From an uncultured Gammaproteobacteria bacterium (lineage in GTDB: Bacteria; Pseudomonadota; Gammaproteobacteria; CAWJPQ01): 64,000 bases of DNA. Under the pieces are notes generated by a model that saw only the letters and a list, made by a program, of their open reading frames with translations, made no database searches and was not told the DNA's origin. The position numbers and the translations under genes are program-made. Shown here piece by piece: positions 1 to 13,422 of the stretch (position 1 is its first letter; every line of letters begins with the position of its first letter). The stretch lies in assembly GCA_963844825.1 (NCBI GenBank), contig CAWJPQ010000011.1:215869-279868 (forward strand), written 5' to 3'.

Positions 1-243
1 TGATTTCATCATCCAGACCCCCGCCCCGGTCAGGGAAATATCGCGCAGGCTCTTAATCTTGTACGCCTTCTTGTTATCTTCAACATAGAAGGCGCCACCG
101 ACCTCCGTCCCCTCTCGGAGAGCTTTCCTGGCGTGTTTTCTTCGCTCCGTGCTCAATGCATCCCTCACTCGCGGCGCCTGGCCGGTTTGGCAATTTTCGA
201 GTGTAAAGGCAAAGCGCGCATGAAACAACAAAAAAGTGGCCAT
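1..243 (-). CDS. partial ORF of unknown function running off the window start (N-terminus MATFLLFHARFAF...)
   Basis: Minus-strand frame is open from an ATG at 243..241 to the window edge without a stop. No recognisable family and no clear SD. Its 5' end would overlap the psiE 3' end. Confidence 0.2.
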   Translation of the reverse strand, partial: MATFLLFHARFAFTLENCQTGQAPRVRDALSTERRKHARKALREGTEVGGAFYVEDNKKAYKIKSLRDISLTGAGVWMMKS

Positions 244-314
244 GCGGCCCGCGGCCGGGCGGAAATGACGCGGGGCCCCGGGGCTGGCGACCCCGGCGGT
301 CCGGCCGCAGGGCG

Positions 315-755
315 CTATTTCACTTTGATGTTTTCCTGCCTCACGTCGATTTCATCCGACGAGAAACGGCTGCTGCCGTACCCCAGCACGACGATGGCCA
401 GGGCCAGCATGAGGATCGCCGAGGTGATGATCAGCAAGATGTGGCTCTCATCCGCCTCGACATCGACCACCAGCGACCGGGTCAGCACGGTGATGCCTAT
501 ATACAGAAGGAAACGTACCGGCAGTCGATTGGTCTTGAAGTAGATGCCCACCATCGCCCCCAGCTCCAGGTAGATGAACAGGATCAGGATGTCCTGCAAC
601 GAGGCGTGGCCCTGACGCACAATGTCGATATATTGATAAAGCGCCGACCAAACGATGGTCCCCCCGATGACGAACAGCGCAATCAGGTGAAACCCCTCAA
701 CCAGGTAGTCTCCGATATTTTCGACGAATCTCGACAGCTTGGTATTGCTTGACAT
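315..755 (-). CDS. psiE: phosphate-starvation-inducible protein PsiE family (inner membrane)
   Basis: The 165-aa ORF contains an internal ATG at 755 preceded by AAGGAG. The product MSSNTKLSRFVENIGDYLVEGFHLIALFVIGG... has 4 TM helices typical of PsiE, and the length (~147 aa) fits. Confidence 0.75.
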   Translation of the reverse strand: MSSNTKLSRFVENIGDYLVEGFHLIALFVIGGTIVWSALYQYIDIVRQGHASLQDILILFIYLELGAMVGIYFKTNRLPVRFLLYIGITVLTRSLVVDVEADESHILLIITSAILMLALAIVVLGYGSSRFSSDEIDVRQENIKVK

Positions 756-998
756 ATCACTCCTTGTTCCCTTTGGGATAGCCCTGTGGCGACAGCCTAA
801 TCTATCACTCAACCGGCGCTTGACGCACCTGTGCCCGCCGGGGCCGGCCCCTGGGCCCCTGCCCGCCCCTCCATGTAATGAAAATCGCCCTGGATTACGC
901 TATGATTTTGGGCATTATTAACCTAAGATCCGATTACAGTTATAATTTGCGAGTGGCCGCATTGTTCTGCTTGGATAAAATAAGGGGGGAAAACGAGG

Positions 999-1622
999 AT
1001 GGCGGAAACGAATTATAAGAAGCTGCTTGGCTTGATGGGGGGCGCGGCGCTCCTGGTGGCCGGTTTTGCCCTGACGGGCTGTGCGTCGGCGCCCGAAAAG
1101 GAGGGCGCGCAAGGCGCCGAGGGCGGCGCGACCCAAGAGGCCGCCGCCTCCGACCAGGGTCAGGCCTCCAAGGGTGAGGCCTCACAGGGAGACGCCTCAC
1201 AGGGCACTGAAGGCGGCGCTGATCAGTCCGGCGCCGGCTCGTCATCGCAGGAGGCCGCCGGCGGCGGCAAAGAGGCCGACAAGACGGCGCAGGCGGCCAA
1301 GCCCGCCAAGGCCGAGCCTCCCAAGCCGGATATCTCCGGCTCGGACGTAACGGCCGTCGAGAACAAGATGAAGCTCTTCCCTCGGGTGTTGTGGCACAGC
1401 CACACCAATACCTATCGTTTCTATGTGGGAACGGTTCTGTTCGCCGAATACAGCCCCTACGACGACACCTTCCAGGTGATGACGGACAATGCCGACCAGA
1501 AGAATCTGGTATGCAAGTACGCCCCCGGCAAGGGCTGGCAGGTCGAGGGAAAATCCAAGGGTGCCACCTGTGAGGACCTGCTCAAGAAGATGAATGATTT
1601 CCTGACCCACCCGTTCAGCTAG
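999..1622 (+). CDS. lipoprotein with low-complexity Gly/Ala/Ser/Gln-rich linker and a conserved C-terminal domain (unknown function)
   Basis: Signal peptide with lipobox LTGC. GEASQG-type repeats follow, then a ~80-aa C-terminal domain. GAGG-type SD upstream. Confidence 0.6.
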   Translation: MAETNYKKLLGLMGGAALLVAGFALTGCASAPEKEGAQGAEGGATQEAAASDQGQASKGEASQGDASQGTEGGADQSGAGSSSQEAAGGGKEADKTAQAAKPAKAEPPKPDISGSDVTAVENKMKLFPRVLWHSHTNTYRFYVGTVLFAEYSPYDDTFQVMTDNADQKNLVCKYAPGKGWQVEGKSKGATCEDLLKKMNDFLTHPFS

Positions 1623-1738
1623 GAGACGGCGGGCGCCGCCCTTTGGAAGAATAACTTATGGATTCTTCTTGCAATTTTCCGCGGAGAATTGTTTAATAAG
1701 CGCTTTGCGTGTACACATAGCTTTCAGGGGCGTTTTCC

Positions 1739-1975
1739 ATGTCCAAAGTCTGTCAAATTACGGGTAAACGGCCGATGAGCGGCCACAATGTCTCACACGC
1801 CAACAACAAGCGAAAGCGGCGGTTCATGCCCAACCTGCACACCCACCGCTTCTGGGTGGACAGCGAAAAACGCTGGGTCAAGCTGCGCATCACCACCAAG
1901 GGATTGCGCACCATCGACAAGCTGGGTATCGAGTCCGTGATCGCCGATATGCGCAAGCGCGGCGAGCGTGTGTAA
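1739..1975 (+). CDS. rpmB: 50S ribosomal protein L28
   Basis: The 78-aa product [29 protein letters not shown]... is a textbook L28. Confidence 0.95.
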   Translation: MSKVCQITGKRPMSGHNVSHANNKRKRRFMPNLHTHRFWVDSEKRWVKLRITTKGLRTIDKLGIESVIADMRKRGERV

Positions 1976-1988
1976 CGGAGGCTGAACG

Positions 1989-2144
1989 ATGCGAGACAAG
2001 ATCAAATTGGTTTCGACCGGGGGCACCGGCCACTTTTATACGACCACCAAAAACAAGCGCAACACGCCCGACAAGCTGGAGATGATGAAATACGATCCGG
2101 TGCTTCGCAAGCGTATCGCGTACAAGGAAGAAAAGCTCAAGTAA
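1989..2144 (+). CDS. rpmG: 50S ribosomal protein L33
   Basis: Not in the ORF track (51 aa). The ATG at 1989 gives [51 protein letters not shown], a canonical L33, 13 nt after rpmB. Confidence 0.9.
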   Translation: MRDKIKLVSTGGTGHFYTTTKNKRNTPDKLEMMKYDPVLRKRIAYKEEKLK

Positions 2145-2160
2145 GTCCCCGGCGCGGACA

Positions 2161-2206
2161 CTCGAGCAATAAAAAAACCCGCGAAAGCGGGTTTTTTTAT
2201 TGCTCA
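2161..2206. terminator. bidirectional rho-independent terminator between convergent rpmG and desaturase genes
   Basis: Perfect palindrome GAGCAATAAAAAAACCCGC-GAAA-GCGGGTTTTTTTATTGCTC. The GC stem is flanked by A-runs and T-runs on both strands. Confidence 0.8.
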
Positions 2207-2228
2207 ACCCCGGGCCCGGGGCGACGGC

Positions 2229-3413
2229 CTAGGCCGCCGGGGCGGGGGCCTGCATGGTGTAACTGCGCAGCGTCCTGGCGAAGTCCTGCAGGGACTTGAT
2301 CCCCGTCTCCTCCGCCTGATGGCACCACTCCTGCAGGGCGTGCAGGAGATGCTCCTGGGTGGCCGTGGAGCGCTTCCAGATCTCCTGCAGGCGTTGCTTG
2401 AAGTGGTATACGGTGTACAGTTGCTGGTTCTGCTCCAGGACGGACGCCAGGTTTTGCCGGGCATGCTCGTCCATCAGAGACTCTTCCCGCACCAACAGCC
2501 CTTTGACGCGCCGCAGGAGGGTACGCTCCCAGCTGTCGGCGCGGCGCAGCTCATCCTTGTGCACCCGCGCCACCACTTGCTTGCTGTATTGCGCCATGAC
2601 CTGAAAGCGGTTGGACACCACGGCGAGCACCGTGTCCGAATCCATCTGGGGCTTGCCCGGATCGATCTTGGGCTTGGGCGCCACCTTCTTCACCCGCGCC
2701 AGGCCGAAGATCTCCATGATCCGGATATACATCCAGCCGATATCGAACTCCCACCACTTGTTGGACAACTTGGCGGAGCTGGCGAAGGTGTGGTGATTGT
2801 TGTGCAGTTCCTCGCCGCCGATGATAATGCCCCACGGCACGATGTTCGTGGAGGCGTCGGGGACCTCATAGTTGCGGTAACCCCACCAGTGGCCGATGCC
2901 GTTGATCACGCCGGCCGCGAAGATCGGGATCCACAGCATTTGCACGCCCCAGATGCTGATGCCCGGGATGCCGAACAGGATCAGGTCCACAATGAACATG
3001 AGCACCACGCCCATGACGCTGTGCCTGGAGTACAAATTGCGCTCGATCCAATCATCAGGCGTGCCGTGGCCGTACTTGTCCAGGGTCTCCTGGTTCTTGG
3101 ACTCCGCCCGGTACAGCTCGGAGCCCTCCAGCAACACCTTCCTGATGCCCGCCACCTGAGGGCTGTGGGGGTCGTCCTTGGTCTCCACCTTGGCGTGATG
3201 CTTGCGGTGAATCGCCGTCCACTCCTTGGTCACCATGCCGGTGGTCAGCCACAGCCAAAAGCGGAAAAAGTGACTGACGATGGGGTGAAGCTCCAGGGCC
3301 CGGTGGGCCTGATGGCGATGCAGGAAGATCGTAACACCCGCAATCGTGATATGCGTCATCAGCAGCGCCGCGATGATGTAGCCGCCCAGTGATAAGTCAA
3401 GGATCCCGTACAT
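2229..3413 (-). CDS. membrane fatty-acid (acyl-CoA/acyl-lipid) desaturase, delta-9 type
   Basis: The 394-aa product has the three histidine boxes HRHQAH, HRKHH and HNNHH plus N-terminal TM helices. GAGGTAAG SD upstream. Confidence 0.85.
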   Translation of the reverse strand: MYGILDLSLGGYIIAALLMTHITIAGVTIFLHRHQAHRALELHPIVSHFFRFWLWLTTGMVTKEWTAIHRKHHAKVETKDDPHSPQVAGIRKVLLEGSELYRAESKNQETLDKYGHGTPDDWIERNLYSRHSVMGVVLMFIVDLILFGIPGISIWGVQMLWIPIFAAGVINGIGHWWGYRNYEVPDASTNIVPWGIIIGGEELHNNHHTFASSAKLSNKWWEFDIGWMYIRIMEIFGLARVKKVAPKPKIDPGKPQMDSDTVLAVVSNRFQVMAQYSKQVVARVHKDELRRADSWERTLLRRVKGLLVREESLMDEHARQNLASVLEQNQQLYTVYHFKQRLQEIWKRSTATQEHLLHALQEWCHQAEETGIKSLQDFARTLRSYTMQAPAPAA

Positions 3414-3532
3414 ATACTTACCTCAATGTGAATTGCCCTACAGCTTTTGGCTTAATTGTTCTATAAAAAATGTGTCTACTATATTCGCATCCGTGCGCCA
3501 CGTCCAGTCCAGCCGCATCCGTCACCTAGCGC

Positions 3533-4750
3533 TCAGCTGCGATACGCGGCGTTGATGCGCACGTACTCATAAGATAGATCGCAAGTCCATATATAATCCC
3601 TGTAACGGCCGCGGCCCAGTTGAATACAGAGATCGATCTCCGACGCCTGCATGGCGGCTGCTCCCTGCTCCTCGCGGTAGTCCCCGGCACGCGCCCCCCG
3701 GCGCACAATACAGACACCGTTCAGGGACATGTCGACCCGGCTTACGTCCAGCTCCGGCACCCCGGCGCGGCCGATCGCCGCGAGGATGCGCCCCCAATTG
3801 GGGTCGCTGGCGAAGAAAGCGGTCTTGACCAGGGGGGAATGGGCGATGGTATAAGCCACGCGCCGGCACTCCTCCTCGCTCGCCCCGCCTTGTACCTCGA
3901 TGGTAATAAACTTCGTCGCCCCTTCCCCGTCACGCACGATCATCTGCGCCAGCGAGCGGCACACCGTGGTCAGCGCCGCGCACAAGTCCTCATAGGCCTG
4001 ACTGTCGGCCGAGTCCACGGCCGCGGCGCCGCGGCCCGTGGCCACCGCGACACAGGCATCGTTGGTGGACGTATCCCCGTCCACCGTGATGCGGTTGAAC
4101 GAATCCGCCACGGCCCGGTCCAGGCACCGGCGCAGCACATCGGGGGCAACGGCGCAGTCGGTGGCGATGAACGCCAGCATGGTAGCCATATCCGGGCAGA
4201 TCATGCCCGAGCCCTTGGCGATGCCGGTCACCGTCACCGCCTCGCCATCGACCCGCGTCTGCAGCGATGCCCCCTTGGGCACCGTATCGGTGGTCATGAT
4301 GCCGTGAGCGGCCTCAGACCAGCCGTCGGCCGCCAGGGCCGCCAGGGCCGCGGGCAGCCCGTCTCGAAACGGCTGCAAGGGCAGCGGCTCACCGATCACC
4401 CCGGTGGAAAAGGGCAGGACCTGGGTTCTGTCGCAACCGGCGGCGGCGGCGATCAGGTCGCAGCACTGGAGGGCGGTCTCGATGCCCTGGGTCCCGGTCC
4501 CCGCATTGGCATTGCCCGAATTGATGACCAGAAAACGCGGCGGGCCGCCGGCCAGGTGATCCCGGGCGACCGTCACCGGCGCGGCGCAAAAGGCGTTGCC
4601 CGTGAACACGGCGGCGCTGTGGGCCCCTTCGTCCAGGGCCATGACCACCAGGTCCCGGCGCCCGGGGGCCTTGAAGCCGGCACAGGCGACGCCCACCCTG
4701 ATCCCCGGGACCGGGTGCAGACGGGGCAATGGCCCTATGCCGACCGCCAT
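3533..4750 (-). CDS. argJ: bifunctional glutamate N-acetyltransferase / amino-acid acetyltransferase ArgJ
   Basis: The ORF-track ORF (489 aa) is over-extended. The ArgJ-like sequence starts at internal MAVGIGPLPRLHPVPGIRVGVACAGFK..., ATG at 4750, just after the secA stop. The autoproteolytic ATML threonine region is present. Confidence 0.85.
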   Translation of the reverse strand: MAVGIGPLPRLHPVPGIRVGVACAGFKAPGRRDLVVMALDEGAHSAAVFTGNAFCAAPVTVARDHLAGGPPRFLVINSGNANAGTGTQGIETALQCCDLIAAAAGCDRTQVLPFSTGVIGEPLPLQPFRDGLPAALAALAADGWSEAAHGIMTTDTVPKGASLQTRVDGEAVTVTGIAKGSGMICPDMATMLAFIATDCAVAPDVLRRCLDRAVADSFNRITVDGDTSTNDACVAVATGRGAAAVDSADSQAYEDLCAALTTVCRSLAQMIVRDGEGATKFITIEVQGGASEEECRRVAYTIAHSPLVKTAFFASDPNWGRILAAIGRAGVPELDVSRVDMSLNGVCIVRRGARAGDYREEQGAAAMQASEIDLCIQLGRGRYRDYIWTCDLSYEYVRINAAYRS

Positions 4751-4775
4751 GGGCGCACGAGGGACCGATGCCCCA

Positions 4776-7496
<2,721 letters not shown>

Positions 7497-7565
7497 CGAA
7501 AGCGGCTATCGATATAGGAGTGGGTAATGTGGATGATGTATATATTGCGACTAATCCAATCATAA

Positions 7566-8453
7566 TCAACGGGATGCACGGACGTACCGGGCAGGATTCA
7601 CGATCTTCCCGTGGCGCAGCACCTCGAAGTGCACATGAGGTCCCGTCGAGCGGCCGGTGCTTCCCATCAACGCAATCTTTTGATTTTTCTTTATTTTTTC
7701 GCCAACCTTGACGAGGATCTTCTCGCAATGGCCGTAGCGCGTGGCATAACCGTTGCCATGGTCGATCTGTACAAGGTTACCATAACCATGATCCCTCCCT
7801 GCAAATACCACCACCCCGGAGGCCACGGCCAGCACCGGGGAGCCCCGCTTGCCTGCGAAATCGATGCCCGGGTGAAAAGAGGGACGGCCCGTGAACGGAT
7901 CGATGCGCCGGCCGAAATACGAGGAGATCCATCCGCCCTTGATGGGCCTGCCGGAGGGGTGCACCTGCTGCTGGAGCTTGTGGTTCATCATCAGGGATTC
8001 AAGCACCGTCAGCTGCTGGGCACGGTCCTCGATGCGCTTGCCGAGGGCGTTCATGGAGCGCAACAGGGTCTTGACGTCCACCGGCTGGGCCGGCAGCGGC
8101 ATGTCCGGGCCGCCTTCGGCCGGCGGATCCTTGAAGTCGAACTCGCCCTTGTCCAGCTTCGCCAGGGAGGTCAGGCGTTGCCCCAAGGCGTCCAGACGGA
8201 TCATATGGGATTGGAGCTGGCCGATGCGCGAGCTCAATGCGTCAAGGCCTTGCTTGGATGACTGGGTGACCTCGGCCAGGGCATGGCGCTCGCGCGCCAC
8301 CTCACCCTTCCACACGTACAGGCCGACCTGGTAGCCTGTGTACAGGAGACTGGCGGAAAAAACGGCCGCCGCCAGCGCCAGCAAGCTGATAAACTTGACC
8401 CGGGTGAGGCAAACCGGCTTTTGGCGGCGTTTGGTGACAACGATGACGTGCAT
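7566..8453 (-). CDS. M23 family metallopeptidase with coiled-coil N-domain (EnvC/NlpD-like murein hydrolase activator)
   Basis: N-terminal TM/signal, then a coiled coil, then an M23 catalytic domain (HPGIDFAG...GYGNLVQIDHGNGYATRYGH). The lpxC-M23-secA neighbourhood is common in gammaproteobacteria. Confidence 0.85.
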   Translation of the reverse strand: MHVIVVTKRRQKPVCLTRVKFISLLALAAAVFSASLLYTGYQVGLYVWKGEVARERHALAEVTQSSKQGLDALSSRIGQLQSHMIRLDALGQRLTSLAKLDKGEFDFKDPPAEGGPDMPLPAQPVDVKTLLRSMNALGKRIEDRAQQLTVLESLMMNHKLQQQVHPSGRPIKGGWISSYFGRRIDPFTGRPSFHPGIDFAGKRGSPVLAVASGVVVFAGRDHGYGNLVQIDHGNGYATRYGHCEKILVKVGEKIKKNQKIALMGSTGRSTGPHVHFEVLRHGKIVNPARYVRASR

Positions 8454-8505
8454 AACTCAAGTCCCTGTTTATTAATTCTTTATCGGCATCCAGCGACGAA
8501 TCTAA

Positions 8506-8940
8506 ATGGGCACTTCATCACCAAAACACATCCTTAACCTCCTGTCTCCGGGCCCAGGCCTGCTGGGCACGATCATAAACCAAATACAGCTCTTAAAACA
8601 GCTGTCCCTGGCGCTGAAGTCGCACCTGCCCGCCCCCCTCGACCAGCACTGCGACGTGGCCGCCGTCCATCAGACCACCCTGGTGGTTCACGCCGACTCT
8701 CCTGCCTGGGCCACGCGGCTTCGCTATCTGGCCCCGGCCCTGGCGACATCCCTGCGGGATCAGTCGGGATACCAATGGATCCGCGATATCAAAATCAAGG
8801 TTCGGCCCAAGACCGGCCGGCCCCACGCCCCGGCCGGGGTGCCGGCCCGTGGGGCCGGCAACCCCGGGCGCGCGGCCAATCCGGTCAGCCTCCAACAGGT
8901 GTTGCAGGACGTTCTTGCAAAGCGCGGGCCAAAGGCCTGA
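8506..8940 (+). CDS. DUF721/DciA-like protein (unknown function), divergent from M23 peptidase gene
   Basis: 144 aa with DUF721-like core ...AAVHQTTLVVHADSPAWATRLRYLAPALATSL.... This family is commonly found between lpxC and secA. Confidence 0.55.
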   Translation: MGTSSPKHILNLLSPGPGLLGTIINQIQLLKQLSLALKSHLPAPLDQHCDVAAVHQTTLVVHADSPAWATRLRYLAPALATSLRDQSGYQWIRDIKIKVRPKTGRPHAPAGVPARGAGNPGRAANPVSLQQVLQDVLAKRGPKA

Positions 8941-9056
8941 CGCCCGCCGTGCGGCCGATGACGGCACACTGCGGTGGCGGCAAGCACCTGTTACGGGGCT
9001 GATCGCCGGTTATTTGGCGCGATCGTCACCCGCAGGCTGACTTGATAGCGGGAATA

Positions 9057-9090
9057 CAAATGAAGCGCGGGGGACCGGAGACGCCCCCCG
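9057..9090. terminator. possible stem-loop terminator between convergent DUF721 gene and lpxC
   Basis: GCGCGGGGG-ACCGGAGAC-GCCCCCCGCG hairpin. The T-tract is weak. Confidence 0.3.
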
Positions 9091-9104
9091 CGATGCAGGA
9101 TGGC

Positions 9105-10019
9105 TCAAACGGCTGAAATGGGGTGAATGAAGGACACCGGGGCGGTATTGCTCCCGTTGTCGAACGTCACCACCTCCCATGCCGTTTCATCGGCAAGAAG
9201 GGCACGTAACAGGCGGTTGTTCAGCGCGTGGCCCGACTTGTAGCCGCTGAATGAGCCGATCAGGCTGCAGCCCAGCAGATACAAGTCGCCGACGACGTCC
9301 AGCACCTTGTGCTTGGCGAACTCGTCTTCGTAGCGCAGGCCTTCTTCGTTGATGATCCGGTAGTCGTCGACGACAATGGCGTTGTTGAGGCTGCCGCCCA
9401 GGGCGAGATTGCGCTCGCGCAGGCGCTCCAGCTCGCGCATGAAACCGAAGGTCCGCGCACGGCTCACCTCCTTGACGAAGGAGGTCGTGGAGAAATCGAT
9501 GACGGTCTGCTGGGTGCGCACCTTGAAGGCGGGATGATCGAAATCGATGGTGAAGGCCACCTTGAAGCCGTCGAAGGGCTCGAATTTGGCCCACTTGTCG
9601 TCTTCGTGCACCGTTATCGAGCGCTTGATGCGAATGAATCGCTTCAACGCGTTTTGCTCCTCGATGCCGGCCGACTGAATGAGAAAGACGAAGGGTCCGG
9701 CACTACCGTCCATGATGGGCACTTCCGCCGCGCTGACGTCCACATAGGCATTATCGATACCCAGGCCGGCAAACGCCGACAACAGGTGCTCGACCGTCGA
9801 TACGCGCACGGGACCCTTGGTCAGGGTGGTGGACAGCAGGGTCTCCCCCACGTTTTGCGGCCGCGCCACCATATCCACCACCGGGTCCAGGTCAACGCGG
9901 CGGAACACGATCCCGGTGTTCGGGGCGGCCGGCCGGAGGGTCAGGAACACCTTCTCGCCGGTGTGCAAACCCACGCCCGTGGCGCGGATGACATTCTTCA
10001 GGGTACGTTGTCTTATCAT
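9105..10019 (-). CDS. lpxC: UDP-3-O-acyl-N-acetylglucosamine deacetylase
   Basis: 304 aa: [24 protein letters not shown]... Canonical LpxC in its conserved position after ftsZ. Confidence 0.95.
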   Translation of the reverse strand: MIRQRTLKNVIRATGVGLHTGEKVFLTLRPAAPNTGIVFRRVDLDPVVDMVARPQNVGETLLSTTLTKGPVRVSTVEHLLSAFAGLGIDNAYVDVSAAEVPIMDGSAGPFVFLIQSAGIEEQNALKRFIRIKRSITVHEDDKWAKFEPFDGFKVAFTIDFDHPAFKVRTQQTVIDFSTTSFVKEVSRARTFGFMRELERLRERNLALGGSLNNAIVVDDYRIINEEGLRYEDEFAKHKVLDVVGDLYLLGCSLIGSFSGYKSGHALNNRLLRALLADETAWEVVTFDNGSNTAPVSFIHPISAV

Positions 10020-10163
10020 TGATCCTTCTTATTTAACTGGTAGGGCGCTGAAACCCGAGCGAATATTAACATAGCCTTTTTCGCCTGCATAGAGAACCAC
10101 ATCACGTTTGATCGATATCAAACAGGCATAATTCAGCCTTTCCCCGATGCACCCGATGGACGA

Positions 10164-11312
10164 CTAATCGGCCTGACGGCGCAAAAATGCAGGCACCTCG
10201 AGATGCTCGAAGTCGCCGTCCACCTCCGAGGAGTAGCTGCTGTTCGCCACCTGGTGGCGAATCACGGTCGGGCGGTCCAGCTGCTTGTAATCGATCTCGC
10301 CGCTGTTGTTCTTGTACGCCAGCTTGATGGGCTTCTCCTCTTCAACGGCGATGTTCGACTGACCGATGCCCGTTGCGACCACCGTGACCCGAAGCTCATC
10401 CTGCATATCCGGGTCGATGACCGTCCCGACCACGACGGTGGCGTTCTCCGATGCGAACTCCTTGATGGTGTTGCCGACCTCCTCGAATTCACCGATGCCC
10501 ATATCCAGGCCGGCCGTGACGTTCACCAGGATGCCGCGCGCGCCGGCCAGGTTAACGTCTTCGAGCAAGGGGCTGGCAATGGCGGCCTCAGCGGCCTCGC
10601 GCGCGCGGTGATCGCCGTAGCCGCTGCCCGACCCCATCATCGCCATGCCCATCTCGGCCATGACGGTGCGCACATCGGCGAAGTCCACGTTGATCAGACC
10701 CGGGCGGGTGATCAATTCCGCGATTCCCTGCACCGCACCGAGCAGGACGTTGTTGGCGGCCTTGAAAGCGTCCAGCAGGGTCTCGGTCTTGCCGAGCACG
10801 GTCAGCAGCTTTTCGTTCGGGATGGTGATCAACGAATCAACGTATTGATTGAGTTCCTTGATGCCGTTTTCGGCGAGCTGCATGCGCTTCTTTCCCTCGA
10901 ACGGAAAGGGCTTGGTTACGACCGCCACGGTCAGAATACCCAGCTCCTTGGCGGCCTGGGCGACCACAGGGGCGCCGCCCGTACCCGTGCCGCCGCCCAT
11001 GCCGGCGGTGATGAACACCATGTCCGCCCCCTGCAGGACATCGATGATGCGATCCCGGTCCTCCATGGCCGCCTGCCGCCCGAGTTCCGGGTCGGCGCCC
11101 GCGCCGAGGCCCTTGGTTACGTTGCTGCCGAGCTGCAGCACCGTCCTGGCGGAGGAATTCTTCAGTACCTGGGCGTCGGTGTTGGTAGCGATAAAATCAA
11201 CGCCGTCGATATCGGCCGACACCATATGGTCGACGGCATTACCTCCGCCCCCGCCGACGCCGACGACCTTGATTACCGCATTCTGACTGTAAGCGTCCAT
11301 TAGTTCGAACAT
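10164..11312 (-). CDS. ftsZ: cell division GTPase FtsZ
   Basis: GGGGGNAV tubulin signature. Start placed at the [11 protein letters not shown] (11312) preceded by GGAGGAGAAAG. The ORF-track start at 11339 is 9 codons longer. Confidence 0.93.
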   Translation of the reverse strand: MFELMDAYSQNAVIKVVGVGGGGGNAVDHMVSADIDGVDFIATNTDAQVLKNSSARTVLQLGSNVTKGLGAGADPELGRQAAMEDRDRIIDVLQGADMVFITAGMGGGTGTGGAPVVAQAAKELGILTVAVVTKPFPFEGKKRMQLAENGIKELNQYVDSLITIPNEKLLTVLGKTETLLDAFKAANNVLLGAVQGIAELITRPGLINVDFADVRTVMAEMGMAMMGSGSGYGDHRAREAAEAAIASPLLEDVNLAGARGILVNVTAGLDMGIGEFEEVGNTIKEFASENATVVVGTVIDPDMQDELRVTVVATGIGQSNIAVEEEKPIKLAYKNNSGEIDYKQLDRPTVIRHQVANSSYSSEVDGDFEHLEVPAFLRRQAD

Positions 11313-11370
11313 AGTGGCTTTCTCCTCCATCTTGTACATCGTTATGAATACCCGAAACAGGTTCCTTGAT

Positions 11371-12609
11371 CTAGGCGGCCCCTTGGAACCACCTTTTCAT
11401 CCTTGCCCAAATTCCCTTGACACCACTTCCCATATTTGACTCGGCGTAATGCCGTTGATGACGGTTCTTGTGACCGAACAGCAACAGGCCTACACCCGTC
11501 GCATAAATCGGATTGCGGATGACATCCACCAGGCCCGAGACGAACTGCGGCTCGCCCAGGCGCACCGGCATGTGGAACACTTCCTCCGCCAGTTCGATGG
11601 CGCCCTCCATCTTGGAGCTGCCGCCGGTCAACACCACGCCCGCAGCGATCAGGTCCTCGAAGCCGCTGCGTCGCAGCTCGCTCTGGACCAGGCTGAACAG
11701 CTCCTCGTAACGGGGCTCGATCACCTCCGCCAGGGTCTGGCGCGCCAGGCGTCGCGGCGGGCGGTCCCCCACCGTAGGGACCTCGATGCTCTCCTCGGAA
11801 CTGGCCAGCTGGGTCAGCGCGCAACCGTACTTGATCTTGATCTCTTCGGCGTGGGGAGTCGGCGTGCGCAAGGCGACGGCGATGTCATTGGTCACCTGGT
11901 CGCCGGCGATGGGGATCACGGCGGTGTGGCGGATGGAGCCGCCGGTAAAGACGGCCACGTCCGTGGTCCCCCCGCCGATATCCACCAGGCACACACCGAG
12001 ATCCTTTTCGTCCTCCACCAGCACCGAGTAACTGGACGCCAGCTGCTCCAGGATGATGTCGTCCACCTCCAGCCCGCAGCGGCGCACACACTTGACGATG
12101 TTCTGGGCCGCGCTCACCGCGCCCGTGACCATGTGCACCTTGGCCTCCAGGCGCACGCCGGACATCCCCACCGGCTCGCGGATGCCCTCCTGGTTATCGA
12201 TGATGAACTCCTGGGGCAGTATATGGAGTATCTTCTGGTCGGCGGGAATCGCCACGGCGCGCGCCGCATCGATGACCCGCTCCACGTCGCCGTCGGACAC
12301 CTCATTGTCGCGGATGGCGACAATACCGTGGGAATTGAGGCTGCGCACGTGGCTGCCGGCGATCCCGGTGAATACCGAGTGGATCTGGCAGCCCGCCATC
12401 AGCTCGGCCTCCTCGACAGCCCGCTGTATGGAATCGACGGTGGATTCGATATTGACCACGACGCCCTTTTTGAGACCGCGCGACGGGTGCGAGCCGATAC
12501 CGATCACATCCACGGACCCGTCGGCCATGATCTCGCACACGATGGCCACGACCTTAGAGGTCCCGATATCCAGCCCGACGATCAGATCTTTCTCAGATCG
12601 TTTCGACAT
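11371..12609 (-). CDS. ftsA: cell division protein FtsA
   Basis: 412 aa, actin-like ATPase: [16 protein letters not shown]... Canonical position. Confidence 0.95.
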   Translation of the reverse strand: MSKRSEKDLIVGLDIGTSKVVAIVCEIMADGSVDVIGIGSHPSRGLKKGVVVNIESTVDSIQRAVEEAELMAGCQIHSVFTGIAGSHVRSLNSHGIVAIRDNEVSDGDVERVIDAARAVAIPADQKILHILPQEFIIDNQEGIREPVGMSGVRLEAKVHMVTGAVSAAQNIVKCVRRCGLEVDDIILEQLASSYSVLVEDEKDLGVCLVDIGGGTTDVAVFTGGSIRHTAVIPIAGDQVTNDIAVALRTPTPHAEEIKIKYGCALTQLASSEESIEVPTVGDRPPRRLARQTLAEVIEPRYEELFSLVQSELRRSGFEDLIAAGVVLTGGSSKMEGAIELAEEVFHMPVRLGEPQFVSGLVDVIRNPIYATGVGLLLFGHKNRHQRHYAESNMGSGVKGIWARMKRWFQGAA

Positions 12610-12657
12610 TGTTGCTCTTCATTCCTCCACTGCACTTGGCATCAAATCAAACTCCTG

Positions 12658-13422
12658 TCAGGCACTGGGCGCGTCGCGCCAATGCACTGCAAAACCGTTG
12701 CTGTATCGCAAATCCACTATATCGATATCCCCGGCACGCTGGCTGAGGACCCGCCGGTAAAACCGGCTGAAGCGCTGCAGCCGCTTCTCGTAGTCCCGCT
12801 GGCCCAGGACCAGGGCGATGCCGTTGCTCAGCCCCAGGCGCCAGGCGTGGCGCTGATCGAGGGCCAGGGTTTGAACCCCCAGCCCCAGTACGCGCAAACG
12901 GAGCACGGCGGCCTTGTAGTGCTCGACCACCGCCCGCACATCGGCCCGGGGCCCCTGGAGGAGGGGCAGCGCCGGGCGCCCGCCGTCCTCCCGAGGCCGG
13001 AATACCTGCCCGGCGCTATTGACCAGGGCCCCGCCGCCCCAGCGCGCCAGGGGCCGCTGCTCGACGATGGCCACGCGCAGGGTATCCGGCCACACGCGGG
13101 TAACCGACGCCCGCCTCACCCACGGGAAGGCCTCCAGCGACCGCTGTATGGTGCCGGTATCCGCGGTGATGAAGTTCCCCGCCATGACCCCTCTGACCTT
13201 GTCGCGTATCTGATCGGGGCTCACGTGGTGAAGCCCGCCCCGAATCTCCACATACCGGACCGGCATGACCCGGGGATCTGTCAGACGCACCGCCCCCCAA
13301 GTGACGAGGGTCGCCGCCGCCACGAACAACAGGGACAGGGACACGCCGCGCACCGGGATGGAGCGCTTGCGGGCCGGCTCGATGCGGCGGTTGGCCTTCT
13401 TGCGCTTGATCAACCCCATCAA
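12658..13422 (-). CDS. ftsQ: cell division protein FtsQ (POTRA domain)
   Basis: 254 aa. N-terminal TM and POTRA region. Sits between ddl and ftsA. Confidence 0.9.
   Translation of the reverse strand: MMGLIKRKKANRRIEPARKRSIPVRGVSLSLLFVAAATLVTWGAVRLTDPRVMPVRYVEIRGGLHHVSPDQIRDKVRGVMAGNFITADTGTIQRSLEAFPWVRRASVTRVWPDTLRVAIVEQRPLARWGGGALVNSAGQVFRPREDGGRPALPLLQGPRADVRAVVEHYKAAVLRLRVLGLGVQTLALDQRHAWRLGLSNGIALVLGQRDYEKRLQRFSRFYRRVLSQRAGDIDIVDLRYSNGFAVHWRDAPSA

Noticed and set aside
756-900. Possible Pho box upstream of psiE
   Set aside because: Only a weak CTGTC...CAG...CTATC resemblance to the CTGTCAT-N4-CTGTCAT consensus. Not convincing.
2319-3392. 357-aa plus-strand ORF
   Set aside because: Antisense to the desaturase gene, which has three canonical His boxes.
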